NCBI GenBank assembly: GCA_036867785.1
Contig: CP145421.1
Span: 558,001 to 622,000, forward strand
Direction of reading: 5' to 3'
Length of the DNA: 64,000 nucleotides
Source: Plasmodiophora brassicae
Taxonomy: Eukaryota
Below are positions 63,355 through 64,000 of the stretch, in pieces. A program made the translations under genes and the position numbers. The notes beneath the pieces were generated by a model. That model searched no databases. It was not told the DNA's origin and saw nothing but the letters and a program-made list of their open reading frames with translations. The first letter of the stretch is position 1. Each line of letters begins with the position of its first letter.

Positions 63355-64000
63355 ATGGTCGCCGCTGTTGCCGTGTCGGCACCGCCGAACAGCTTCGGCC
63401 TGACGCCGCCCGACGACCTGAACACCGACTTCTCCAATGTGATCGTCGTCGACGGCCTGCCCGTTGCACCGGTGGCGAAATACGAGAAACTCGTCTCGCT
63501 CATTCGCAAGACGTTTTCGAAGTCGGTGCCGTGGGAGGGATGACGACCGTGTTATTGAGCGTTGGTGTGAATAGGTTTGGGAACATCAGTGAGATGTATG
63601 TGCCGACCGAATCCGATATGACTGTCGGTTATGGCTTCATCGAGTTCGAAGACTCGGAAGCTGCGTCGTACGCCGTTGCCGCAATGGACAAGGTCGCTCT
63701 GGACAAGAAGCACACGTACCGTGTGTCTCCATGGGGGTAATACGGGTCGACATTGTTTCCGCCGCGCGTGATTTAACGTCGGATGCAGTGACTTCGAACG
63801 CCTTGAGAACTACAGTGACGAGTACGTCCCTCCTGAAAGGTCTGAGTTCCAGCGAAGCGATGACCTGCGCAGCTGGTTGCAAGACGAAGCTGCCCGTGAG
63901 CAGTTCGCCTTGCGGTTTGCTGATGAAACTCAGGTACATGCGTCATCGTGTAAATTCGGTGTGACCCCGTTGACGTATGGTTACAGATCATGTGGCACGA
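63355..64000 (+). CDS. EIF3B: Translation initiation factor eIF3 subunit B (3' end lies outside the window)
   Basis: NVIVVDGLPVAPVAKYEKL...FSK|FGNI, RRM GYGFIEF, LDKKHT, LRSWLQD...REQF. Confidence 0.92.

Noticed and set aside
62870-63469. Extra ~200 N-terminal residues in the 1306-aa ORF
   Set aside because: The segment is Arg-rich and motif-free and overlaps the eIF3b start on the opposite strand. The real start is more likely ATG 62869 (MNGAWLND).

Overview
This is compact, GC-rich eukaryotic nuclear DNA. It has about 22-24 tightly packed protein-coding genes, many short (~45-80 nt) spliceosomal introns and intergenic gaps often under 150 bp. The style suggests a protist such as a plasmodiophorid (Plasmodiophora-like), but that is an unverified inference. 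Genes in order: coiled-coil protein (5' partial), spastin-like MIT-AAA ATPase, SPATA17-like IQ protein, a giant (~5,800 aa) HERC/HECTD-like HECT E3 ligase encoded almost entirely by one 17.4-kb exon, an intron-split FAD monooxygenase, an orphan ORF, CDK11-like kinase, a secreted acidic repeat protein, mitochondrial LeuRS, a PPR protein, ERMP1-like M28 peptidase, a PX-ankyrin-sphingosine/ceramide kinase, RMD1/RMND1, two coiled-coil/hypothetical proteins, Prp18, SAPS/PP6 regulatory subunit, two orphans, a probable GPI-anchored secreted protein, a decayed Ty3/gypsy fragment folded back into an 85-bp hairpin, a DHHC palmitoyltransferase, eRF1, an EF-hand protein, a UBL-UFD1-TRAF zinc-finger protein, an IBTK-like ANK-RCC1 protein and eIF3b (3' partial). 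The most notable observations are the architecture of the giant E3 (with a hidden myristoylation exon), the TE-derived hairpin, the PX-ANK lipid kinase and the MICAL-like monooxygenase. I found no rRNA, tRNA or CRISPR. All domain calls are by eye from motifs; no searches were run.
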